From assembly GCA_017626035.1 (NCBI GenBank), contig JAGAJR010000017.1, forward strand, positions 4,900-68,899: a stretch of 64,000 nucleotides of DNA, in the 5' to 3' direction. This stretch comes from Alphaproteobacteria bacterium (GTDB taxonomy: Bacteria > Pseudomonadota > Alphaproteobacteria > RF32 > CAG-239). Both the position numbers and the translations under genes were made by a program. The notes under the pieces were generated by a model. That model made no database searches. It had not been told where the DNA came from and worked only from the letters and a program-made list of their open reading frames with translations. This document shows positions 9,885-17,702 of the stretch, one piece after another (within the stretch, counting starts at the first letter, position 1; every line of letters starts with the position of its first letter).

Positions 9885-11212
9885 TGAACATTGAAGCTTT
9901 CATCGACAGATTGTTTGAATATGCCGAAGCCAGAGGGCTGAAAGAGTATCAGGTTTCTTATGCAAAAAATGAAAACAGTGATATTCAGGTTTTTAATCAG
10001 GAAATTTTCAAACAGAGCGACAATACGCTGATGGTCTTGAGTTTTGCCGTTCGGGTCAATGGTAAAATAGGACGTTTTACGACAGAGAGATTTGACATTG
10101 AAGATGTTAAAAGGGTTGTTGACGAAGCGGTTGCCAACGCTGAGATTATGGAATGTGATGAAGAGTTTTTCTTTTATGACGGAGCAGGAAACTATCCGAT
10201 GGTGGTTAAACATCGGCCGCAAGTTGAACGATTGGAAAAGTTTGATAAAATTGCTTTTCTCAAACGGTTGGAAAAAGAGACTTATGTTGCGGACAAAAGG
10301 GTTAACAAAGTAATTTCCACTCAGTATTACAGTTCTTTAAGCCAAGCGATTATGAGAAACTCACTAGGTTTAAATCTGAAAGACGAAACTATCAGGGCGG
10401 GAGCTTATGTTTACGCTTCGGCTCAAAACGGTTCGGAAGTGAAAACATACGGCGACGGCGTTTGCTTTGACAAGGAAGAAGATTTTAATTCCAAACGGTT
10501 GGCCGAAAAGGTGGTAAAAAAGCTGGTGTCCCGTTTGGGTGCGGAAAACACGTTTTCCCGCAAAGCTCCGGTTGTTTTTGAAAATAAAGTTTTTGCCTCG
10601 ATTTTGGGGAGTATATACGGTATGTTTTCAAGTTATGCCGTGGATACGGGAAAATCAAAGCTGGCCGGAAAAATCGGCGAATTAATCGCTTCCCCGAAAG
10701 TGTCGATTATTGACAATCCATGGCTTGAAAACGGCTTTGCAACTTCGGCGTTTGACAGTGAGGGTGTGCCGACACGGTATAAAGAATTGGTTAAAGACGG
10801 TGTGCTGCAAGGGTTCTTATATGGTTTGAGCATGGCACACAAGCATCATACGCAATCTACCGGAAACGGTACCGGAGGGTTAGGCAGCCGTGTGTTTAAT
10901 TTTTATTTGAAAAACGGGACTTGTCCGCGTGAGGAATTGCTGCGTAAGCTCGGCGACGGTGTTTATATTGACAAGTTGAACGGGTTGAGCGGCAGTATCA
11001 GTCTGGTTTCCGGAAATTTTTCAATGGGTGCGGAAGGTTATCGGGTGACAGACGGAAAATTAGGGGCGTACTTGAATCAGTTTACCATTTCAGGAAATAT
11101 TTATGATGTGCTTAAAGATATTGAAGAAATCGGGGATGATTTGGATTTTGACTGTTCGCCTTTGGGTTCTCCCTCTGTTTTGGTAAAAAATATAACTGTC
11201 GCCAATAATTAG
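9884..11212 (+). CDS. pmbA: metalloprotease PmbA/TldE
   Basis: TldE-like sequence; TAATG start/stop overlap with tldD. Confidence 0.85.
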   Translation: MNIEAFIDRLFEYAEARGLKEYQVSYAKNENSDIQVFNQEIFKQSDNTLMVLSFAVRVNGKIGRFTTERFDIEDVKRVVDEAVANAEIMECDEEFFFYDGAGNYPMVVKHRPQVERLEKFDKIAFLKRLEKETYVADKRVNKVISTQYYSSLSQAIMRNSLGLNLKDETIRAGAYVYASAQNGSEVKTYGDGVCFDKEEDFNSKRLAEKVVKKLVSRLGAENTFSRKAPVVFENKVFASILGSIYGMFSSYAVDTGKSKLAGKIGELIASPKVSIIDNPWLENGFATSAFDSEGVPTRYKELVKDGVLQGFLYGLSMAHKHHTQSTGNGTGGLGSRVFNFYLKNGTCPREELLRKLGDGVYIDKLNGLSGSISLVSGNFSMGAEGYRVTDGKLGAYLNQFTISGNIYDVLKDIEEIGDDLDFDCSPLGSPSVLVKNITVANN

Positions 11213-11896
11213 TTGACAAATTTGTCTAAAAAAGATATTTTAGTTGTAATTCTATTAAGCATTATCACTAAATTTATCTATAAGCCTATGTTTAAAACAG
11301 CCACTGAGATTCAGGTGAATGACAGTATCCTGGCTCAAAAGAAAAAGATTTGTTACAAAGATGTTCTTGCCGTGGTAACGGAAACCTTAAGGGAGCGAAA
11401 ATTTTACATTCAAAACGTTTCGTTGGTTTGGTTAAGGTTTTCGCAAGAGGTTGAGCCGTTTGTCCATTGCAGAAGTCCGCGAACAGACGGGTTCCATGCC
11501 GGTTATTTTCTGGATTTGCGTCCTTATGAAGGGAACGTGATATTCGGATTTTATCAGCCGTTTTCCGGAAAAGTTTATATCATAGAGAGCAAGTGTCTCT
11601 GCGATGCGGAAGCGGTTGTCGGCAATTTGCAGTTTCCGCTGGCTTTTCGAAAAACGCAGACAAGACGGACGTCGAACGAGTATTTTGACGTTAAACGGTT
11701 GTCCCGGTGCTTCAAAGTTGGTCGGAAATGTTTCTCCTTCAATTATGTGCTGACGGCATGTGAAGACAGGGAAGTTGTGAAAACCGTGGTTTCCACGCCT
11801 TCGTCTTTGGCGGAAGACGCCTTTTATGAAGAAGAGATTCTTACGGACATACAGCGTAACAGCCCGATGTTTTTTAATAAATTTTATCAAATTTGA
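11213..11896 (+). CDS. hypothetical protein with N-terminal membrane anchor, Cys-rich
   Basis: ORF begins (TTG) directly after the pmbA stop; hydrophobic N-terminus ILVVILLSIITKFIY; no recognizable family. Confidence 0.45.
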   Translation: MTNLSKKDILVVILLSIITKFIYKPMFKTATEIQVNDSILAQKKKICYKDVLAVVTETLRERKFYIQNVSLVWLRFSQEVEPFVHCRSPRTDGFHAGYFLDLRPYEGNVIFGFYQPFSGKVYIIESKCLCDAEAVVGNLQFPLAFRKTQTRRTSNEYFDVKRLSRCFKVGRKCFSFNYVLTACEDREVVKTVVSTPSSLAEDAFYEEEILTDIQRNSPMFFNKFYQI

Positions 11897-11899
11897 GTT

Positions 11900-12301
11900 A
11901 TGTTTCTAGAAATTTTCCGTGACAGCATCGCTGTCAATTGGAAGTCTCTCAAGGGAAAGACTTTCATTACCGAGGATGATTTGGCCGAGGCCATTGCTTC
12001 TTGGTTGCTAATCGAGAAAAAGTATGTCTTCGTTCAGTTCGAAGGCTTGTATGAAACGAAAGCAAACCATGATGAAATCAACCTGTTGGTTGACAAGGTT
12101 TATCATACTTTGTGGCAGATTTCCGGAGAGTATTATCTGCTGTGCGTTTCAGAGAAAGGACCTTCTCTGGTGCACGCGGATATTTACCAAGGGGCGGTCG
12201 ACAGGGACAAGATGTGTTTGCAGCCCGGTATCTATAATTTGGTTGAAATGGACAAGCTCCCTTATAAGGGACGTCTCTATCTGAAAAATGAGATAATCTG
12301 A
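11900..12301 (+). CDS. hypothetical protein (133 aa)
   Basis: Begins 4 nt after the preceding ORF on the same strand; no recognizable family. Confidence 0.45.
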   Translation: MFLEIFRDSIAVNWKSLKGKTFITEDDLAEAIASWLLIEKKYVFVQFEGLYETKANHDEINLLVDKVYHTLWQISGEYYLLCVSEKGPSLVHADIYQGAVDRDKMCLQPGIYNLVEMDKLPYKGRLYLKNEII

Positions 12302-12409
12302 TTTTTCCAAATTGGGATAAAGAGACAAAAAACCTTGAAAGCGTTGTTGCTTTTGAGGTTTTTTGTTTATATAGTAAATGAAAATTATGACAACAAGGGA
12401 TTTTTCATT

Positions 12410-13621
12410 ATGCAGAAAGCCGCTCAATATCAGGCTGTGTTGGAACTTCTGGCGGAGATTTTCAAAGACAAGTTTCCGGCGGACAATATTATTAACGCTT
12501 ATATGCGTGAGAGGAAATACATCGGCTCGAAAGACCGGCGTTTTGTGACGGAAACCGTGTGGAAAATTATTCGCAACCGCAGAAAACTGACATTTGACGC
12601 GGGAAGCGACGATGTCCGCAAGATATTGATGACATATTTGCAGGATGAAGATTTGGATTTGATTTTCGGCAACGGGGAGTATGCTCCGGCAGCGTTAAGC
12701 AAAGAAGAAAAAAACTGGCTGAAGCATAAAAACGAAGAGGTTTATCCGGCGGATGTGGAAGCTGAATGTCCGAAGTGGCTGTTTGAAAAAATTAAGGATA
12801 TGGCTTTGCTTAAGTCTTTGAATGAGCCGGCGACTGCGGATTTGCGGATTAATGCCGGGTGCCGGGGCGATGTGATAGACAAGCTTAGAGGAGAGGGATT
12901 ATTTTTTGCTCCGACGGTTTATTCTCCAATCGGCATCCGTTCTACGGAGAGGGTAAACCTTAACAACTGCATTGCATATAAAGAGGGATTGATTGAGGTT
13001 CAGGACGAAGCTTCCCAGCTGGCGGCTGTTCTGAGTGATGTGAAACCTGAGCATAAAGTTATTGATTATTGCTGCGGGGCCGGCGGTAAAACGCTGACGA
13101 TTTCTTTTTTGATGCAAGGGAAAGGTAAAATCTATATTCACGATATCAACAAAAATCGTTTGGAAGCAATTAAAGAACGGGCGGAACGGCTGAATGTCAA
13201 AAATATAGAAACGGTTTCCGGAGTGAGAGATGATGATTATTATGACCGTTTTATTGTCGATGCTCCCTGTTCGGGAACGGGAACCTGGCGGAGAAGTCCG
13301 GATGCAAAGTTTCGGTTGACTCCGGAAAAACTGCGGGAATTAAATCAGGCTCAGGCGGAAATCCTTGAAACAGCTTATGCCCATACGAAATCCGGGGGTA
13401 GAATCGTTTATATCACCTGTTCAATTCTCCGAGAAGAAAATGAAGAAATTATTGAAGCTTTTAAGTCGCGTCATCGGGATATGAAACATTTTAATTTGAA
13501 AAATTTATGGCAGTCTAAGCTGGATGCCCCTTATCCGTGCGTGAATGAAAATTATCTGCGTTTTTCTCCTTTAACAACGGGGACGGACGGCTTTTTCTTT
13601 ACGGTTTTGGTTAAGGAATAA
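12410..13621 (+). CDS. rsmB: 16S rRNA m5C methyltransferase, RsmB/Sun (NOL1/NOP2) family
   Basis: IDYCCGAGGKT SAM motif, DAPCSGTGTWRR and ITCS catalytic motifs; start chosen at MQKAAQYQ. Confidence 0.8.
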   Translation: MQKAAQYQAVLELLAEIFKDKFPADNIINAYMRERKYIGSKDRRFVTETVWKIIRNRRKLTFDAGSDDVRKILMTYLQDEDLDLIFGNGEYAPAALSKEEKNWLKHKNEEVYPADVEAECPKWLFEKIKDMALLKSLNEPATADLRINAGCRGDVIDKLRGEGLFFAPTVYSPIGIRSTERVNLNNCIAYKEGLIEVQDEASQLAAVLSDVKPEHKVIDYCCGAGGKTLTISFLMQGKGKIYIHDINKNRLEAIKERAERLNVKNIETVSGVRDDDYYDRFIVDAPCSGTGTWRRSPDAKFRLTPEKLRELNQAQAEILETAYAHTKSGGRIVYITCSILREENEEIIEAFKSRHRDMKHFNLKNLWQSKLDAPYPCVNENYLRFSPLTTGTDGFFFTVLVKE

Positions 13622-13627
13622 TTTTGC

Positions 13628-13954
13628 TTACGGCTTGGGTGGAAGCTGTTTGTTGTTTATCTGGTAAATGTAAGAGATGATTTCGGCAACGGCGGAAAAG
13701 GCTTCAACCGGAATTTCGCTGTCAATGTCAACAGCTTTTAATATTTGCACCAAGTCGGCGTCCTGATGAATTTCTATTCCTTCATCCAAGGCTATTTGGA
13801 TGATTTTTTCGGCAATCTGCCCTTGTCCTTTGGCTAACACTTTCGGGGCGTTGTTTTTGAGCGGGTCGTAGCCCAGAGCAACGGCATAATCTGGGGACAA
13901 ACTGCTATCTTGATTGTTTTTATCGTGTTTTCTGTTATTATCCTGTTCAGACAT
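13628..13954 (-). CDS. FlhB C-terminal domain-like protein (EscU/YscU/FlhB export-switch domain only)
   Basis: AVALGYDP...APKVLAKGQGQIAEKIIQIALDEGIEIHQDADLVQIL matches the cytoplasmic FlhB C-domain; no TM region; start chosen at the internal ATG with GGAG RBS. Confidence 0.7.
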   Translation of the reverse strand: MSEQDNNRKHDKNNQDSSLSPDYAVALGYDPLKNNAPKVLAKGQGQIAEKIIQIALDEGIEIHQDADLVQILKAVDIDSEIPVEAFSAVAEIISYIYQINNKQLPPKP

Positions 13955-14027
13955 TATGGAGTTGCTCCTGTGTTTAAAACCTAAAATATTGTAATGTTTG
14001 ATTAATTTAATTGCAACAGGTTTTATT

Positions 14028-14043
14028 TGGCACAGGTTTTGCA
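14028..14043 (+). promoter_or_regulatory. sigma-54 (RpoN) -24/-12 promoter TGGCAC-N5-TTGCA upstream of flgB
   Basis: Exact TGGCACaggttTTGCA with the GG and GC elements 12 nt apart, about 50 nt upstream of the flgB ATG and its AGGGGAGG RBS. Confidence 0.7.
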
Positions 14044-14094
14044 TAATGTTTGTTATGTTGGGGAACATAACTGAACAGGGGAGGTTTTACAACG

Positions 14095-14508
14095 ATGGAT
14101 TTAAATAATCTTTCGGTTTTTAATATGGCAAATGTCAATATGAAGTATCTGACCGAGCGTCAGAAGGTTTTGGCGTCTAATGTTGCCAATGCAAATACTC
14201 CTGGATATTTGGCCAAAGATATTGAAAAACCTTCATTTTCTCAGTTTATGGAAAAAATCCCGCTCCGTCTTAACGTTACCAATGAAAAACATTTTGCTTT
14301 GCTTCCGTCTCAGATGGCGGCAGAAAAGAGCAACGGGGTTTATACGCCGAAGCCGACGGCGGCTTTGACGATTGACGGTAACGGCGTGATACTTGAAGAT
14401 CAGTTGAACGAAGTCAGCAAAACCAAAAGCGAATATAACCGTATGCTTACCATTTACGGAAAATATAAAGATTTGCTTTCGGTTGCCAACACAAAGATTA
14501 ATGCTTAG
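14095..14508 (+). CDS. flgB: flagellar basal-body rod protein FlgB
   Basis: LASNVANANTPGY rod-protein N-terminal motif. Confidence 0.9.
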   Translation: MDLNNLSVFNMANVNMKYLTERQKVLASNVANANTPGYLAKDIEKPSFSQFMEKIPLRLNVTNEKHFALLPSQMAAEKSNGVYTPKPTAALTIDGNGVILEDQLNEVSKTKSEYNRMLTIYGKYKDLLSVANTKINA

Positions 14509-14513
14509 GGAGA

Positions 14514-14933
14514 ATGAGAATGTCGGGTAATTTGTCAATCAGTGCGGATATTGCCGTTTCGGGAATGAAAGCACAGGCCGAACGTCTCAGAATTATTTCC
14601 GAGAATATGGCTAATGCCGATTCAATCGGAATTCGTCCCGGAGAAGATCCTTACCGCCGTCAGGTCGTTATGTTTAAGGATTATGTGGATCAGGAGACCG
14701 GGGCCAAAATGGTTAAGGTTTCCAGAGTGGCAAAAGACGAATCTCCGTTTGAGAAAAAATATGAACCGAATCATCCGGCGGCGGATGCTCAGGGGTATGT
14801 CTCTTTGCCGAATGTTAATCCGCTGATTGAAATGATGGATATGAAAGAAGCTCAGCGGACTTATGATGCCAATTTGGCGGTAATGCAGACGGCAAGGGAA
14901 ATGAATTCCAGTATTTTGGATGTTTTGAAATAA
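14514..14933 (+). CDS. flgC: flagellar basal-body rod protein FlgC
   Basis: ISADIAVSGMKAQAERLRIISENMANADS; C-terminal ...RTYDANLAVMQTAREM. Confidence 0.9.
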   Translation: MRMSGNLSISADIAVSGMKAQAERLRIISENMANADSIGIRPGEDPYRRQVVMFKDYVDQETGAKMVKVSRVAKDESPFEKKYEPNHPAADAQGYVSLPNVNPLIEMMDMKEAQRTYDANLAVMQTAREMNSSILDVLK

Positions 14934-14955
14934 TTAGACTATAAGGGGAAAAACA

Positions 14956-15273
14956 GTGAGTAACAATATATCCAGTGCTTTGGGAGCTTATCAGCAGGCA
15001 TTAAGCCGTATCGGAGCCAAAAATCCGGTTGCTGCGGAAGAAGTAAAAGCTCAGGAAGCGTCTTTTAAAGATGTGGTTAAAGAAGTTGTTACCAATACCG
15101 TGGATTTGTCGAAAAAAGGCGAACAACTCTCTATGCAGGGAATTGCCGGTAAGGCGGATATTCAGGATGTGGTTTTAGCGGTATCCAATGCCGAAACGGC
15201 TTTGGAGACGGTTGTTGCCGTTCGTGATACGGCAATCAAGGCTTATAAAGAAATTATGCAAATGGCAATGTAA
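14956..15273 (+). CDS. fliE: flagellar hook-basal body complex protein FliE
   Basis: C-terminal ...DVVLAVSNAETALETVVAVRDTAIKAYKEIMQM typical of FliE; GTG start. Confidence 0.8.
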   Translation: MSNNISSALGAYQQALSRIGAKNPVAAEEVKAQEASFKDVVKEVVTNTVDLSKKGEQLSMQGIAGKADIQDVVLAVSNAETALETVVAVRDTAIKAYKEIMQMAM

Positions 15274-15350
15274 AAGTTTTTTGCGGAATTTCGTAAAAAA
15301 GGCTTGATTTATTTTGGGAAGTGCTATAAACATTTTTCAGATTTGTTGAT

Positions 15351-15436
15351 GCGGCCGTGGCGAAATTGGTAGACGCGTAACGTTGAGGTCGTTATGAGCT
15401 AAGCTCATGGAAGTTCGAGTCTTCTCGGCCGCACCA
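15351..15436 (+). tRNA. tRNA-Leu (anticodon GAG)
   Basis: Type II tRNA with long variable arm, anticodon loop TTGAGGT, encoded CCA. Confidence 0.9.
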
Positions 15437-15507
15437 AAAAAGCCCCTCTGAATGAGGGGCTTTTTTGGTGCGGAGAAGACTATGACGTCAAAGATGTAAC
15501 ATTCGCC
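15436..15507 (+). repeat. 72-bp direct repeat copy 1 (terminator hairpin plus inverted tRNA-Leu 3'-end fragment)
   Basis: Repeated at 15657-15727 with 2 compensatory mismatches in the hairpin; contains ggtgcggagaagac, a near-reverse-complement of the tRNA 3' end. Confidence 0.8.
15437..15467 (+). terminator. rho-independent terminator after tRNA-Leu
   Basis: GCCCCTC-tgaat-GAGGGGC hairpin followed by T6. Confidence 0.8.
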
Positions 15508-15656
15508 AGAATAACTGTCGTTTATTTCGGCTCATTAACATCTCAACGATTGGTTCGCAAAAAATCCAAATCGTTGGATTTTTTTCTCCCAATTCTCGGC
15601 CGCATTGAGATGAATTGTTGAATCTTGCAAAAAGTGAAATTTATACAACCAGATTC

Positions 15657-15727
15657 AAAAAGCTCCTCTGAGTGAGGGGCTTTTTTGGTGCGGAGAAGAC
15701 TATGACGTCAAAGATGTAACATTCGCC
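15657..15727 (+). repeat. 72-bp direct repeat copy 2
   Basis: See copy 1; GCTCCTC-tgagt-GAGGGGC hairpin followed by T6. Confidence 0.8.
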
Positions 15728-15780
15728 GTGACAATAATAAAAAATCCTTCTTTTGAAGGATTTTTATTATTGGAAATGAA

Positions 15781-16377
15781 TTATTCAGAGGAAGTTGTAA
15801 TATTGGTTAGGACATGTGCAAGATTGACGGCTCCGGTTGTTTTGTTGATTGTTTGTGTTAATTTTTCTTCAGACAATCCGCTCAGTTCGGATAAAGAAGA
15901 AATATATTCTTTGTTTTTTTGTTGTGTAGCCGCTTCAATTTTCAGTTCACTGTAATTGAACAAGGCAAAACGTCTGACGGCGACATCTTTTTTTATTTGT
16001 TTTAATTCAGCACTTTTTAAATTTGATTTTTCCATATCAATATAAACGCCGTCTTTATTATATTGCCACATTCCGCCGGTTGCAACATCCGTCAGCCAAC
16101 TTGGCCAAAAAGTCAGATTTAATATAGCTATTTTACTGAAATTGGAACGTATCACGATTTGTTTATCGTCATATCCTGTTTTTTTAGCTGTAACGATTGC
16201 AGTTCCTGATTTTCTTTCCATAGGATATACGCATGGTGTTTTGCAAATTTCTAAACCATCAACGTAAACTTTGACTCCTTTGATATTAGAATCAAAACTT
16301 ACATCTTGATTGGAACTATTGAATAATGTTCCGCAAGCCCCTAAAATTAATGTAAACAATAAAATTATTTTTTTCAT
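15781..16377 (-). CDS. putative lipoprotein
   Basis: MKKIILLFTLILGAC lipobox signal peptide; no recognizable family; low GC. Confidence 0.6.
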   Translation of the reverse strand: MKKIILLFTLILGACGTLFNSSNQDVSFDSNIKGVKVYVDGLEICKTPCVYPMERKSGTAIVTAKKTGYDDKQIVIRSNFSKIAILNLTFWPSWLTDVATGGMWQYNKDGVYIDMEKSNLKSAELKQIKKDVAVRRFALFNYSELKIEAATQQKNKEYISSLSELSGLSEEKLTQTINKTTGAVNLAHVLTNITTSSE

Positions 16378-16718
16378 AAATTCAAACATCCTTTAACAAG
16401 TTAAACAAAACCCGCCGAAAAGGGCGGGCGGATGTTCGAAAACCATTGAATGTTATGGCTCGGCTTATTTAGCACATAGCCTTATTTAGCCGACATCCAC
16501 CCTCAGGTAGAAATCGACATAAATATTTTAAGTCGTTATGTAACGACTACATTCACAAGGGTTTTCGACGCCCTGAGCGGAATATTGGAGTGTTCCGCTT
16601 GTTTGAAAGAGTAGAAGAGATTTTGATAGAAATCAAGTTAAAATATTTGAATAAATCTTTTATTGAAAATTAGGAGATTTTCTGTCATTTATAATATATT
16701 ATTTTATGGGAGGCGGGT

Positions 16719-17585
16719 ATGAGCAGAGCAAAATTTTCAATTGTGTTTGCGGTAATGGTGTTTTTTATTCCTAAAGTTTGTGATGCCGGATTAAATGAAT
16801 TGATTGTTGACAAGACGCAAGAAATTACCAAAGAGATGGGATTTTCCGACCAGTTCCTTGAAAATTTGAAGGATTGCAAACCTTTTCAGGAAAGCCGCAG
16901 TTATAACGGAATAGAGGCCGTTTATGAGATAAAGGGCAGGGATGAAGACGGAAACTGCATTATTGTTTCCAACGGCAACCATGAAAAGATTCAAGTTGTT
17001 TCGACCTGTAAATTTGACAAAGATATTCTGGATTTGTTTTACCACTCTCAAGTTGAAGTCAGAAAGTTGATTGCCAATGCAAGTTCTGTCGAAGAAATTA
17101 TCGGAAATGAGAATTATTTGTTGGCCGGAGGTTTAATGATGAATGATGAACTTTGCCGCAATGAACGTTCTGAATATGATCCGACCAAAGAGTTGCGGGA
17201 AAAATTGGCTAAATGTGAACCGTATCAAGATGTGGAGCGGACGGACCGTTATGAAATTATTCGGGATATAGACGGCAGGATTGGAAATGTCTGCCGTTAT
17301 ACGATGCAAACGATAACCAAAGCCCCAAAAGAGGAAGAGTTACGGAAACTGCTCGGAGACGAAACTTTTGAAAGTATGAAAGATACTCTGCTTAAAGATA
17401 TAAGTATGACAACTAAATGTGCCTTTACGCCTGAGGGGCTGCAGAAATATATTTCTCTTTTGGAGAAGACGGCAATTCCGTCAGGAGATGCTTATGATTT
17501 GTCGTATATGGATAATTTGCGGGAGTCGAATAAGGAAGCGGCTGATTTTTTGCTTGAGACGGAAGAGTGTAAAACTTACCAGTAA
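16719..17585 (+). CDS. secreted protein with internal Cys-containing repeats (C-K/E-P-F/Y-Q)
   Basis: Signal peptide MSRAKFSIVFAVMVFFIPKVCDAG; repeated LKDCKPFQE / LAKCEPYQD / ETEECKTYQ modules; low GC. Confidence 0.6.
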   Translation: MSRAKFSIVFAVMVFFIPKVCDAGLNELIVDKTQEITKEMGFSDQFLENLKDCKPFQESRSYNGIEAVYEIKGRDEDGNCIIVSNGNHEKIQVVSTCKFDKDILDLFYHSQVEVRKLIANASSVEEIIGNENYLLAGGLMMNDELCRNERSEYDPTKELREKLAKCEPYQDVERTDRYEIIRDIDGRIGNVCRYTMQTITKAPKEEELRKLLGDETFESMKDTLLKDISMTTKCAFTPEGLQKYISLLEKTAIPSGDAYDLSYMDNLRESNKEAADFLLETEECKTYQ

Positions 17586-17702
17586 ATTGTCAGATTGCAA
17601 AAGCGGAAATTGTGCATATTTTAATTTTTGTCTTTCAGAAAAAGCGATAACAGATTAAAAAGACGTTAGTTTAGTTGAGGTTTTTTATTTTAGGGAGGTT
17701 GT

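Noticed and set aside
15436-15727. Possible CRISPR array suggested by direct repeats with hairpins near the tRNAs
   Set aside because: There are only two copies of a 72-bp unit (and two of a 191-bp unit at 27172-27586). These are far longer than CRISPR repeats, there is no regular repeat-spacer periodicity, and there are no cas genes in the window.
16390-16718. Possible structured ncRNA in the 330-bp spacer between the divergent low-GC genes (palindrome GTCGTTAtgTAACGAC, CCCGCC/GGCGGG hairpin)
   Set aside because: I could not match it by eye to any known RNA family (RNase P, tmRNA, SRP, 6S, riboswitches); it may simply be promoter or operator DNA. It is mentioned under the islet finding instead of being called as a feature.
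17586-17702. Mg2+ riboswitch (M-box) upstream of mgtE
   Set aside because: The leader is only about 115 nt, AT-rich, and lacks the long conserved helices of the M-box. M-box riboswitches are mainly a Firmicute feature.
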